Assembly: GCF_001194135.2 (NCBI RefSeq)
Contig: NC_068998.1
Span: forward strand, 3,487,704 to 3,551,703
DNA from: Octopus bimaculoides
Taxonomy: Eukaryota
DNA: 64,000 nt
Reading direction: 5' to 3'
The notes beneath the pieces were generated by a model, which saw only the letters and a list, made by a program, of their open reading frames with translations, made no database searches and was not told the origin of the DNA. Every line of letters starts with the position of its first letter. Position 1 is the first letter of the stretch. Shown here in pieces: positions 14,601 through 26,600 of this stretch. The position numbers were made by a program, and so were the translations under genes.

Positions 14601-17600
14601 ACTTACCTAAGTGGGAATGAACCTTAAACCATGTGGTTAGGAATCAAACTTACTACTACACATCATGCTTATCTACCCCAGTCTCATCATCTGACACAAG
14701 ATCACCTCCTCCAATGCCACCCCTCTCCTCTCAAATGACTTTTGTCTTGCAAATTACTTGGTGACCCTGTCAGTGCAGGTGCCACTTAAAAAGCACCCAG
14801 TCCACACTGTAAAGTGGTTGGTGTTAGGAAGGGCATCCAGCTGTAAAAACCTTGCCAAAACAGTTACAGAAGACTGATCAGGCTTCTGCATGACCAGCTC
14901 CTGACAAACTGTCTCACCCATGCCAGCATGGAAGGCAGATGTTAGAAGAGATGCATATATGTATGTATGTATGCCTGTTCGTTTGTTCTTTCAGTTTCTG
15001 TCTACTAAATCCACTCACAAGGCTTTGGTTGGCGTGAGGCTATAGTAGAAGACACTTGCCCAAGGTTCCACACAGTGGGACTGAACCCAAAACCCTGTGA
15101 TCGGGAAACAAACTTCTTACCACACAACCATGCTTTCCTTTAACTCAAAAACCAAAATGGAATAAATAAGGTTGTCAATGGAACCATTTTGGTGCTTCCA
15201 AACTTACATGAGATACTTACAGACTATCAGATTTAAAATTCCTTGGTCAACAAAGTCTCTCAAAATCTCTTTCTCTCTTGTAGCTATCATATTAAACATG
15301 AGTCTTAAGCAGAGCCTGGTTTGGGCAATCTTAGTACCGCGGCTTCCTTCCCCGAGGTAGCTGTTGCCATGTCCCTTAAAATTACCTGAAATGAAAGGAA
15401 GACATTTAAATAAAAATGAGGACTCTTCCCCCTCACTCCACCTCCAACAGAAGTTGAAAATGGGAAACAAGCCAAAAACCCTAATATTTTGTGTGATACA
15501 AAGCAATGGAGAATGGAGTTGAAACATTGAAACCTCATCACGGTCTTTCCAAATCCTGTTCCATTTCAGAGAATTATTGGCACTCATACCTGGTTGGCAC
15601 ATATGAACACCACAAACACACATGCAGCAGTCAAACCTATATCAAATATGGTTTGATGCCAAACATGTCACATGCAGCAACAAAACCAGTTGCTTAACAT
15701 GTAGCAATCAGATATGCACCCATTAAATATGCAGTAGTCAAACCATTTACCTTACATGTGACAAATCAGTCATCTAATGTGCGAGAAACATGCCATCTAA
15801 CCTGTGGCTGTTATGCGAAATGCTACATGTGATATCTAACATGTGTGGCAAAAGTGAGTCTAAGAAATGAGAAGCAATACTTACTTTTTGTGATACACCA
15901 TTCCAACAATAACAAAATACGAGTGGTTCCACTGTAAGCCATGAAGCTGTCCAAGAGGAGGGGACACACAATACACATGCAAGACAGAACATGGAGCTGC
16001 ATCTCTTCATATTCTGAAGATGACCATCCCATATCAGATGTATCGGTCTCAATGTTGTGGATGTAGAAAAACAGGCCACGAAGCAAGTGACCACAACAGA
16101 GAAGCTACGGAGAAAATAAGGAATTTGTTACAGAAAATATATTGACAGAAATTACAAATTCCCCTTCTGACCCACAGGAATTGACCAGCAGCTGTTCAAA
16201 ATAAACCTCAGCCTGACCAGTCTTGGAGTGATTGGTGAAAGTGATAAACACACACACACACACAGTCACTGCCTCAAGAGCAAAAATCATAAAAAGTAAA
16301 TGTCAAAACCTAAACATCATTTCAGAGTTGATGCCTTTAGTCTATTCCAATCAACTTCATGTCAGTTAAACACACAAGAATATAATTTCTCACAGAGGTT
16401 TCAAACAGTGAAGAGAGTAGCTGAAAACATGGATTAGTAAGATTATTTTGGATTTCAAATTGAAATCCGATCCCTGAGAAGATGGTGTTTGCTGTGGAAA
16501 ATGAAACTAATTGACAATCTCCACATCAGATGCCTGTGATAACCCAACATGGTTAGCTTCTGTTCTCAATAACATGGGATCTTTACTGACTGCAGCCAAC
16601 TGAATTCATCTCATACAAATGCTGGCACTGGTACAAGTACATATCTACTGCTGCTGCTGGACTGTCTGGTCCCTTCAACAAATGAAGGGTTCACCAAGAT
16701 ATAGTTTGCTGGCATAAAAAATGTGGAAATTTTAAGTGCAATTCTGTCAACACAAAACAACACATAACAGTTTGAACTTTCACTTTGACCAAGTTATGGG
16801 GGTACGTGCTTGATTAATAGTAAGTGTGCCATTCTCAACCATACAATAATATCAACAACATTGGTCAGGAGTTTCAAAAGATTGGTTCCACTTACCGGTA
16901 ATGATGCCGATTCTTGACTAAGCGAACACAGAATGGAATAAAGAAGTTTCTTCATCTCAAAATCTTCATAACATTTCGTTAATTTGACATCTTTAATAAA
17001 AGGAGAATGCGTTTTCACTGAAAAAGGAAAAAAGGAGAAGGATGTACAAAGAAACGGCAAGTTGAATAAAAAAAAAAAAAACAACTGATACTCAGTCAGT
17101 TATGGTAATCCAAGATGATCCGATCAATAGAACAGCCTGTTCGTGAAATTAACATGTAAGTGGCTGAGCATTCCACAGATGCACGTACCTTTGACATAGT
17201 TCTCAGGGAGATTCAGTGACACAGAACATAACAATACTGGCCCTTTGAATCACAGGTACAACTCATGCTTTTCCAGTTGAGTGGACTGGAGCAACGTGAA
17301 ATAAAGTGTCTTGCTCAAGGACAACCATGAATTAAGTATCCTAATCACTAAGAATGAGAGGAACAGAAAAGAAACTTACCTTCTGGATAAATTGCAAAGG
17401 CAACAAGTTGTCGCAGGAATCCTGTCTCAATGAATGGAGCATTTGGGTTGTGAGATGCTATGACAGAAATGATGACGAGAATGTCGTTTCGAAGCTGCCG
17501 TTCGGCATGTGTATTACCTTCCTTCAACAGACACACAAATGTATCCTTCAGTTTGCTGAAATTACATTAACAAATATTAAGCCAAGTGAAATCGGAATCG

Positions 17601-20600
17601 TGGCTGGTGCCAGTGCCGTATGACTGGCACGTAAAAAGCATCATTTGAACGTTGAGCTGCATGGCCAAGATCTGTGGTGATGTACCGTGCTTGAGAAGAC
17701 CTGTCAAGCCAAGTGAGATCGTAATTGTGACCAATGCCAGTGTTACGTAACTGGCACGTAAAAAGTACCCACTACACTCTTGGAGTGGTAGGCATCCAGC
17801 TGTAGAAAGCATGCCAAATCAGATTGGCACCAGGTGTAGCTCCCCAGTTTACCAATTCTGTCAAATCATCCAACCCATGCCAACATGAAAAACTGATGTT
17901 ACATGATGATGATTATGAAAAAAAAAGGGGTTAAACACTATCACATAAAGGGCTTCTTACAGTTTCCCTCTACTTAATTTACTGTAAGAAGCCCTTTATA
18001 AGTACCAGACTTGAAAATAAGGACTGAAGTGAATTTGATCAACTAAAAACAAGGCAGTGCTTCAGCATAACCACAGTGAAACCAGTGAAAGGAAGCAACA
18101 TGTCCCCACAATCAACTCACTTGATGCACTCCAAATGACTAAGTTGTTTGATACAGAGATCCACATCCTCAGCTTTATCCATAATATTCCACAAAATCTC
18201 CACTGTACGAAGTAAAGGGTGTCCACCTTTGTCGTTGGGTGTCATCTGTGAGCAAAGGGTATAGGGCAGGTTTCCTTCCAGCATCTGATCACAGCAAGGC
18301 GCTGAAAATAAGCAGCAGAGAAATTATTGTAAGATAAAGGAAGACAAGAAAATTACTATTTGTTAATCTCACAACGAGAGATATTTAGCAACGGTACTTT
18401 GGAGTAGAGGTTGTTTGCCAACATAACATGGCACTCCTGGTTTAGGACGAATGTTGCTGTAATTTAGCCCCAGGAGACATCGTCTCCAGCTGGTTATATG
18501 ACACGATCTGTGGCCTTACATTTTTTGAACAAGGGAATCTAGCACCCCGACTCAGCTTAAAACAATTATTCTGTGCTGATGAAGACAAATAACCCAGAAA
18601 TCGTGATTTTTGAGCTGAGTGGCGGTGCTAGATTCCCTTGTTCAAAAATACAAGGACACAGATCGTGTCGTATAACCAGCTGGAGACGATGTCTCCTGTG
18701 GCTAAATTACAGCAACACTAGTCCTAAACCAGGACTGCCATGTTATGTTGGCAAACAATCTTTACTATAAAGGTCTGAAATTTTGTGGGAGGAGGCCAGT
18801 CGATTAGATCGACCCCAGTATGCAACTGGTACTTAATTTATCGACCCCCGAAAGGATGAAAGGCAAAGTCGACCTCAGCGGAATTTGAACTCAGAAAGGT
18901 AAAAACAGACGAGATACCACTAGGCATTTCGCCCAGCATGCTAACATTTCTGCCAGCTCACCACCTTCAGACAGATGAAATATTGTAAAACAGAAGTTCC
19001 AATAATGTAAAACGCAGTTCCAATAATAATCAGAGTCAACAACTATTGAAGAAGTTGCAAGAAGCAATGAAAATTTTAGAAAAAATAATAATAAATGAGT
19101 GAAAATTGAACCAGTGAGTGTATTAATTAATAAGATATTGAAACAGAATGACTCTCCCTAGACACAACAAAATATGCTTCAACACACGAATTCACATAAA
19201 GAATCTTGCAAACCAAATTCAAAAACTAAGTGAATCAATGTTCCTGTCTATAATTTCAAAATAATTTCCAAAATTTCTTACCAGAATGATGCGAATATTT
19301 TTGCAGCACCTTCAATAGCAGCAGTTTATAATTCTGGTTGGATCCATCTTCCAACTGATAGCACTAGAATATGAAGAGAAAGTAAGTAATGATTACTTTC
19401 CTAATCAGGTAGATCCTTTCATTTAACTTTNNNNNNNNNNNNNNNNNNNNNNNNNNNNNNNNNNNNNNNNNNNNNNNNNNNNNNNNNNNNNNNNNNNNNN
19501 NNNNNNNNNNNNNNNNNNNNNNNNNNNNNNNNNNNNNNNNNNNNNNNNNNNNNNNNNNNNNNNNNNNNNNNNNNNNNNNNNNNNNNNNNNNNNNNNNNNN
19601 NNNNNNNNNNNNNNNNNNNNNNNNNNNNNNNNNNNNNNNNNNNNNNNNNNNNNNNNNNNNNNNNNNNNNNNNNNNNNNNNNNNNNNNNNNNNNNNNNNNN
19701 NNNNNNNNNNNNNNNNNNNNTTTTTTTTTTTTTTTTTTCTGGGCATAGTGTATCTGGAACTACCTTTTTCGATAAATTCTCCCTTTTTTTTTAAAGACAG
19801 AAGGGAATGAATTTAGGGGGATCTGACTTATTTCATGTAGGCTGTTATAATTCTTAGAATATGGTAAAGGCTTTGAAAAAAATTATTTTAGGTATCCCTA
19901 ACACTTTGAAAAGAAAATCCTTTTCTGTTACCATAATTAATTACATCATCCAAACTAACCAATTAGTGAACTGCTACCATAATTACATTATCCAAAGTAA
20001 CTAACCAGCACACTGATTTTTTTTAAATTTAAAAGCTAAGTCCTATTAAAGTCTTTTAATGTTTTTAACCATTTTTCCATGCTAACCTTGGCATGGACTT
20101 CTGGTTTGCTAGTTCCTGTTACACCATCCAACCCATGCCAGCAGGGAAAGCAAACTTTAAATGTTCAAAATCTTTACTACAATCTTTACCAGGTCCTCGA
20201 CACTTTGCAGTCAGGGTTTTATACAATTCTGTCATTGGAAACAAGAAGAGAATGGATTACTTACTTTCACAATCGTTAACATCATGTCACTCATATCGAT
20301 CAGTTTTACAAGATATTCTTTACTGCATGGTTGGTATTCTGTGAGGAATTAAGACAACAGAAAGAATATCAGAAATAAATAAAAGTTGACTTTTAAAAGT
20401 GAAATTCACCTACAAAGAAAGGATTTTTTTGGTTGCTGTCACAGATTTGGAAATTTTTAAATTGAATAAAAATTTTCAAATTTGGTAGGTTGATGTAATT
20501 TTTCACACTCAGTGCGAATTTGGGGTTTGTTTATTCCAGAAAAAGATTCAGAATTAGACAGGAGGAACACACACACACACACAAGATGGGTTTTTCAGCT

Positions 20601-23600
20601 TCCATCAACCAAATTCACTCACATGGCTTTGGTTGGTCCAGTGCTATAGAAGACACTTGTCCAAGGGACCACACAGTGGGAATGACCCCGGAACCACGTG
20701 GTTAGGAAGCTGACTTCTTAACCACCCAACCACATCATTGTGAAAAAAAAAAAAAAATAAAGATTAAAGGGATATCTAGGAAATTTTAAAAATACTATTT
20801 AAATCTTTAGAAAATCCAAACTAATCTTTGAGTGATTTTAACATGGTGTTAGGATTACTTTGTTAGACACAAATATGATTAAAGAAACCAGGTAAACAAT
20901 AAGTTTCTTTGTTGCCAATGNNNNNNNNNNNNNNNNNNNNNNNNNNNNNNNNNNNNNNNNNNNNNNNNNNNNNNNNNNNNNNNNNNNNNNNNNNNNNNNN
21001 NNNNNNNNNNNNNNNNNNNNNNNNNNNNNNNNNNNNNNNNNNNNNNNNNNNNNNNNNNNNNNNNNNNNNNNNNNNNNNNNNNNNNNNNNNNNNNNNNNNN
21101 NNNNNNNNNNNNNNNNNNNNNNNNNNNNNNNNNNNNNNNNNNNNNNNNNNNNNNNNNNNNNNNNNNNNNNNNNNNNNNNNNNNNNNNNNNNNNNNNNNNN
21201 NNNNNNNNNNNNNNNNNNNNNNNNNNNNNNNNNNNNNNNNNNNNNNNNNNNNNNNNNNNNNNNNNNNNNNNNNNNNNNNNNNNNNNNNNNNNNNNNNNNN
21301 NNNNNNNNNNNNNNNNNNNNNNNNNNNNNNNNNNNNNNNNNNNNNNNNNNNNNNNNNNNNNNNNNNNNNNNNNNNNNNNNNNNNNNNNAAATATCAATTA
21401 TAGTCAAATGAAAACAGAATCAAATTTTAACTTCCTTCCAACTCTTTGCTTGATAAATCGGCTGAAACTACTTTTAGTTCTACAATACGAACTTCTTGTT
21501 TTAAACAGATTTGAATTAGAACCTTCTTCCTCAAAACGATGTTACGTTTCAAACACCAGTTTAATTTTCGAAACTAATTGAAACAGAAAATTTATTTTAT
21601 ATACACACACACACAGGGTACAATGAGTAAATTGTCACCATTTTATATTTTTAATTACACACATGCACATTGTTTGTTTTTGATTTTGTCAACTACACAG
21701 TATGGTAGGGTCAGTTGGGCACCATCTGTGAGAAAAACAGTACCATGATGCAATTCACTCAGCTAGAAAATTGGAAATGACATGCTGTACTGCTTGGCAT
21801 TTTGGTAAATATATCTGCTAAAATGAGATATCAGTGTTCTCTCCATCTTTGCATAATTTAGATGACAATATATTCACCACACCCTATACACACACACGTG
21901 CATAATTCTTCCTTTGTTTTTGTAATGGTATTTGGGGGGTGGTTGAAAAGAGGAGGAAATGTGATACTTACTGACTAAATTAGGATTTGGGATGTCATCA
22001 GTGTAGAGGTTCAGTAAATTGATGCAGATCTGTTTGCGGGATTCCAAACATGGCACTCTCATCAGATAACCTACAACACAAAGAAAGCAAAATAGGGGTC
22101 TAGGTCTTCAACTTCCTTTTTTTGTTTTTTGTTTTATTGTAGTTGGTGTTCCATTTGTTTTTGTTCGCTTTTTACTGTAAACCTAGATACTTCCTGATCA
22201 AATAAAACCAGTTTCAAACAACTCTTTGTGGTCTACAAATCACACTAGGGCACTCAAGGGAAAGTATAACCTGGTACATGTACCATGCTTTGGCTAATCA
22301 CTTTAGGTACCTCCATACTAATGAGCAGATATAGACACCTGGGTATAACTTTAAACTCCATCCAGGTTTTGATGTTTTTCATCTAAAAAACAAGGAACAC
22401 ACAGCAAATGAAAGATGCCAACCACATCAATTTACCAATTGCACCAAGATTGTAAAAGAAAGAACCAAACACAAACACAGGGTATAAGACGATGTTCTCT
22501 TACCGATTTGACAAAACGCCATCATAGCTAGATCATTATGGGTCATTTCGTCCGATGCTTTCTCCTTCAAGAAAGGCAAACCGCACACACTCAAAATTTG
22601 TTGCAAGGGTTTTTTATAAGCGTCATCTTCTTCGAATCGATCACAGCAGATATTCAATATACTGACAACTTCAAGTAAATCTTTGAGGAGCTAAAATGCT
22701 TTAAGGTTTCATATCAATGTAAGGTGGAACTCAGTTTATCAATGCTTCTCATCACTCACGCATGGTTTACAAACAACTTTTCAAGCATGAAATATATCTC
22801 AGGTGATCAACAGTACCTTGAGTAATGAACACGCAAGCTGGCAACAAACTGGGAGTATCTGCAGAAGAGCATCAATTGGTTCCTAGCTTTTAAATCCCTG
22901 CTCAAATTTGTCAAACCTTCTCATGAATTTTCTATGGGACAAAATATTGTCGGTTTAAAAAACATCTCAGGTGACAAACAGACATCAGGAATGAATTAAA
23001 TTTGTAAACCAAGATTCCACTGTATTAGATTATATGCGCATAAAAAAAAGAAAAGAATTACCAAATAAATGGTTGTGAGCTAATTTGGTTGTCGTACATG
23101 AATTTGGTCAAATCACTAAGTACTTCCCCAATACATCTAAAATCATGTTTAACTATTGTGTCTGATGGCATAAAAGCGGGATCAATATATTTGAGGTACT
23201 CTATTACTTGTTTCAGTCATTTGACTGTGGCACCAGTTTTAGACAAACAAATCAACTCCAGGACTTATTCTTTCTAAGCTTAGTACTTATTCTATCCAGC
23301 TGTAGAAACCTTGCCAAACCAGATTGGAGCCTGGTGCAGCCTCCTGGCTTGCCAGTCCTCAGTCAAACTGCCAACCCATGCCAGCATGGAAAGCGGACGT
23401 TAAAAAATGATGATGATAATTAAAACTTTGATTATACAGAAAATTACTTGAAACACAAAGGAAGTTCTTCCCAGAAATCTAATCAAATAAAAGCAAAAGA
23501 TTCCAATGGAAAGGATACAAATCCATCCTTGTAGTCTTTGACTATTTTCTGTAAAGAATGAGCATGTCGCTGGTAGAGTTGTCTCTAAAAAAAAAAAAGA

Positions 23601-26600
23601 AACAAATATTCATCATTTGAACTACATTTCAAATTTAACATCGATTTACTGAACGTTTATTTGTATCTAGTCTGGCTGTTTGCATTTATTTAATTCGGTC
23701 ACAGATGCTTAATTAATGAGTCCTCGTGCCAACAACCACCTTGAGCACCTGTTTGAGCTCCTTATGGGAACTCCTACATGTGGGCGTGCCTACACAGTCA
23801 GAGAACAGCACAGCTCCCATGACTTTCAGAAGCATTTTTTCACACTCAGAGTTACTGAAGAATAGAACAAACTTCCTGCATCAGTTGTTAGCTGCTGAGA
23901 CATTGCATCCTTTAAAACCTCTTCCTGAAATTTGCCAACACTACACCTCATATCCTCACCCCCCATACGCATGCACACATGTATATCATGACTCGTACAT
24001 AATTCTACGTACCGTACATACACCTTTGATGAGTTGCAGTGCACCTGAGCACTATACACAATAATTTCATTATATGTTAATATACAGGGTTGGCCAAAAG
24101 TCACCCGACAGTAAATCAAAATTCTATAAATACTCTCTGTAATTCTGTATTGACTCGAATGGAAAAATGGTGTCGCTCAAGAAGGACTTCAGTTTGAAGA
24201 ATTTTCATGAGGTTTCGTATTTAGATGCTTTTATTAAATCCATTCAGTTGGTAAACATAAATAAATCTTGGAATTAAATGGTTTTGATTTACTGTCAGGT
24301 GACTTTTGGCCAACCCGATATATTTTACTTGGCTATCAATGTATTTCATTAAAATAATTTAAAAGAAAATTTAATTATCCAGCAAATTAGTTTCAATTTA
24401 ATACAGGGATTAATTTCTTGTGTATAACATAAGTTTCAGAGATTANNNNNNNNNNNNNNNNNNNNNNNNNNNNNNNNNNNNNNNNNNNNNNNNNNNNNNN
24501 NNNNNNNNNNNNNNNNNNNNNNNNNNNNNNNNNNNNNNNNNNNNNNNNNNNNNNNNNNNNNNNNNNNNNNNNNNNNNNNNNNNNNNNNNNNNNNNNNNNN
24601 NNNNNNNNNNNNNNNNNNNNNNNNNNNNNNNNNNNNNNNNNNNNNNNNNNNNNNNNNNNNNNNNNNNNNNNNNNNNNNNNNNNNNNNNNNNNNNNNNNNN
24701 NNNNNNNNNNNNNNNNNNNNNNNNNNNNNNNNNNNNNNNNNNNNNNNNNNNNNNNNNNNNNNNNNNNNNNNNNNNNNNNNNNNNNNNNNNNNNNNNNNNN
24801 NNNNNNNNNNNNNNNNNNNNNNNNNNNNNNNNNNNNNNNNNNNNNNNNNNNNNNNNNNAAGTGGCAGGGGTCAAAAATGTTCCTTGGTGTAGTGCTGGTA
24901 GTTGTCAGTTTGTGAACCGACAAAAAGGATCACATCATCAACATTACCCCCCCCCCCCAAAAAAAAAGCTGTTCGATGAAAAATGAAAGTGCAGTCCTCA
25001 TATGATTTGAGGGTGATTTGGCTGCTGTATCTAACAGGTTGAATGAAAATTTTGAGTCATCTGTGTTGTCTTTCGTTAAGATGCCAATATGTCTGGCTAT
25101 AGACAGACGTGAGTGTGTGGTTAAGAAGTTCGTTTCCCAGCCACATGGTTTCAAGTTTAGTCCCCACTGCATGTCACCTGGGGCAACTGGCTATCTTTCG
25201 ATTTGATGTGAAGAAACGACAAGTAAAAGCACATGGGTTTTGTTTACATCTAATCGGCTAAACCTAACCCTAACAGGCCAATTAGATGTAAACAAAACCC
25301 ATGTGCTTTTACTTGACGTTTCTTCACACCAAATCGAAAGATAGCCGGGGCAACTATCTTCGTCGGAGATAAAGAATACACACACCACCCTAATCCTAAA
25401 CCCCGAGTGTGCGTATTCTTTACCTTCGCCCTATCTTCTAGTATAGCCCTTAGCTAAACAATGCTTTATGAATGGAAGCTCACCGTGTGTGTGAGAGAAA
25501 GAGAGAGAGAGACAGACAGGCCTCGACAACAGCCAGTGTTGATTTGTTTTCGTCCCAGTAACCAAGCGGTTCGACAAAAGTATCGAACTTAAAGAAAAAT
25601 AAGTATTGGGGGTTTATCTGTTTGACTAAAACCCTTCAAGGGAAATGCTCCAGCATGGCAGCTACCTAACAAGTAAACGAAGATAAAAGCTAGAACAGCT
25701 CTGACCAGATTCAGGCCTTAAAAACATGAACAAGGCCTGAAGAGAATGAAATGGAAACAAGAGTTAATTGTAATTAGGTTAAACGAAACAATAATGACAA
25801 TACAGTGGCTTCAATGAGTCACTGTTGAAATATCTTCCTAAAATAAATTGCAAAAAGTTCAAAATTAAGGACATTTGATAGTTATTAAGTCTTATGACTA
25901 CCAAAAACACTCACACGCTCGTCGTTCATTCATTCAGTTTTGATCTTCCATACTAAGCATAGGTTGAACAAAGACACATGATGTGTCCTATATACGTTTC
26001 TGTTGTGAAAGCCAATGGCTTAGTGGATATGGGTATTCGGTTCACAAACGTAATGTCGTTAGTTCGATTCCTGGCGGCGCGTTGTATCCTTCAACAAGAC
26101 ATCTTTATTTCACTTTGCTCCAGTTCGCTCAGCTGACAAAAATGGAGATGAAACTGTATTTCAAAGGGCCAATCTTGTCATATTCCGTGTCACGCTGAAT
26201 TTCCCTAACAGCCACGTTAAGGGTACACGTTTGTGGAATACTCAGCCACTAGCACGTTAATGAGTATGCTGTTCCGTTCATAGGATCAACTGGAGGTCTC
26301 GTTGTCGTAACCAAAGGAAAGCCAGTTGGTTTATACCGCTGCCAACTTTGTTGCTTTATAACTTCCAGAAAAATGGATACTTTTTAACGAAATTTTCAAC
26401 AAATACCGCTTAGATGCCGTGGATTCAGAATATATATAACCGTATGCCTAGTTCGAATGTAGCAAACAGTGGACACTGCTATAAGAACAAAGTGTGAGGT
26501 GGTGGTGTTAATACGGGCGACGGGTTGAGTCTTCAACCTAAGTAAGTCGTGAAGGTATTTCAACGCAAAAAGCCGTAATACGGCAAAGATACCTAATTAA

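Noticed and set aside
18403-18766. CRISPR-like or prokaryotic repeat interpretation of palindromes
   Set aside because: No repeat-spacer periodicity, and the context is a spliceosomal-intron eukaryotic locus.
22870-22970. FKP- and KFMRRF-containing stretch as the missing CFAP69 exon
   Set aside because: It lies downstream of the 23519-23584 exon (wrong order) and contains in-frame stops.
26010-26090. tRNA-like sequence with A/B boxes (also about 33200-33370)
   Set aside because: No complete cloverleaf; continues directly into SINE body sequence, so it is a SINE head.
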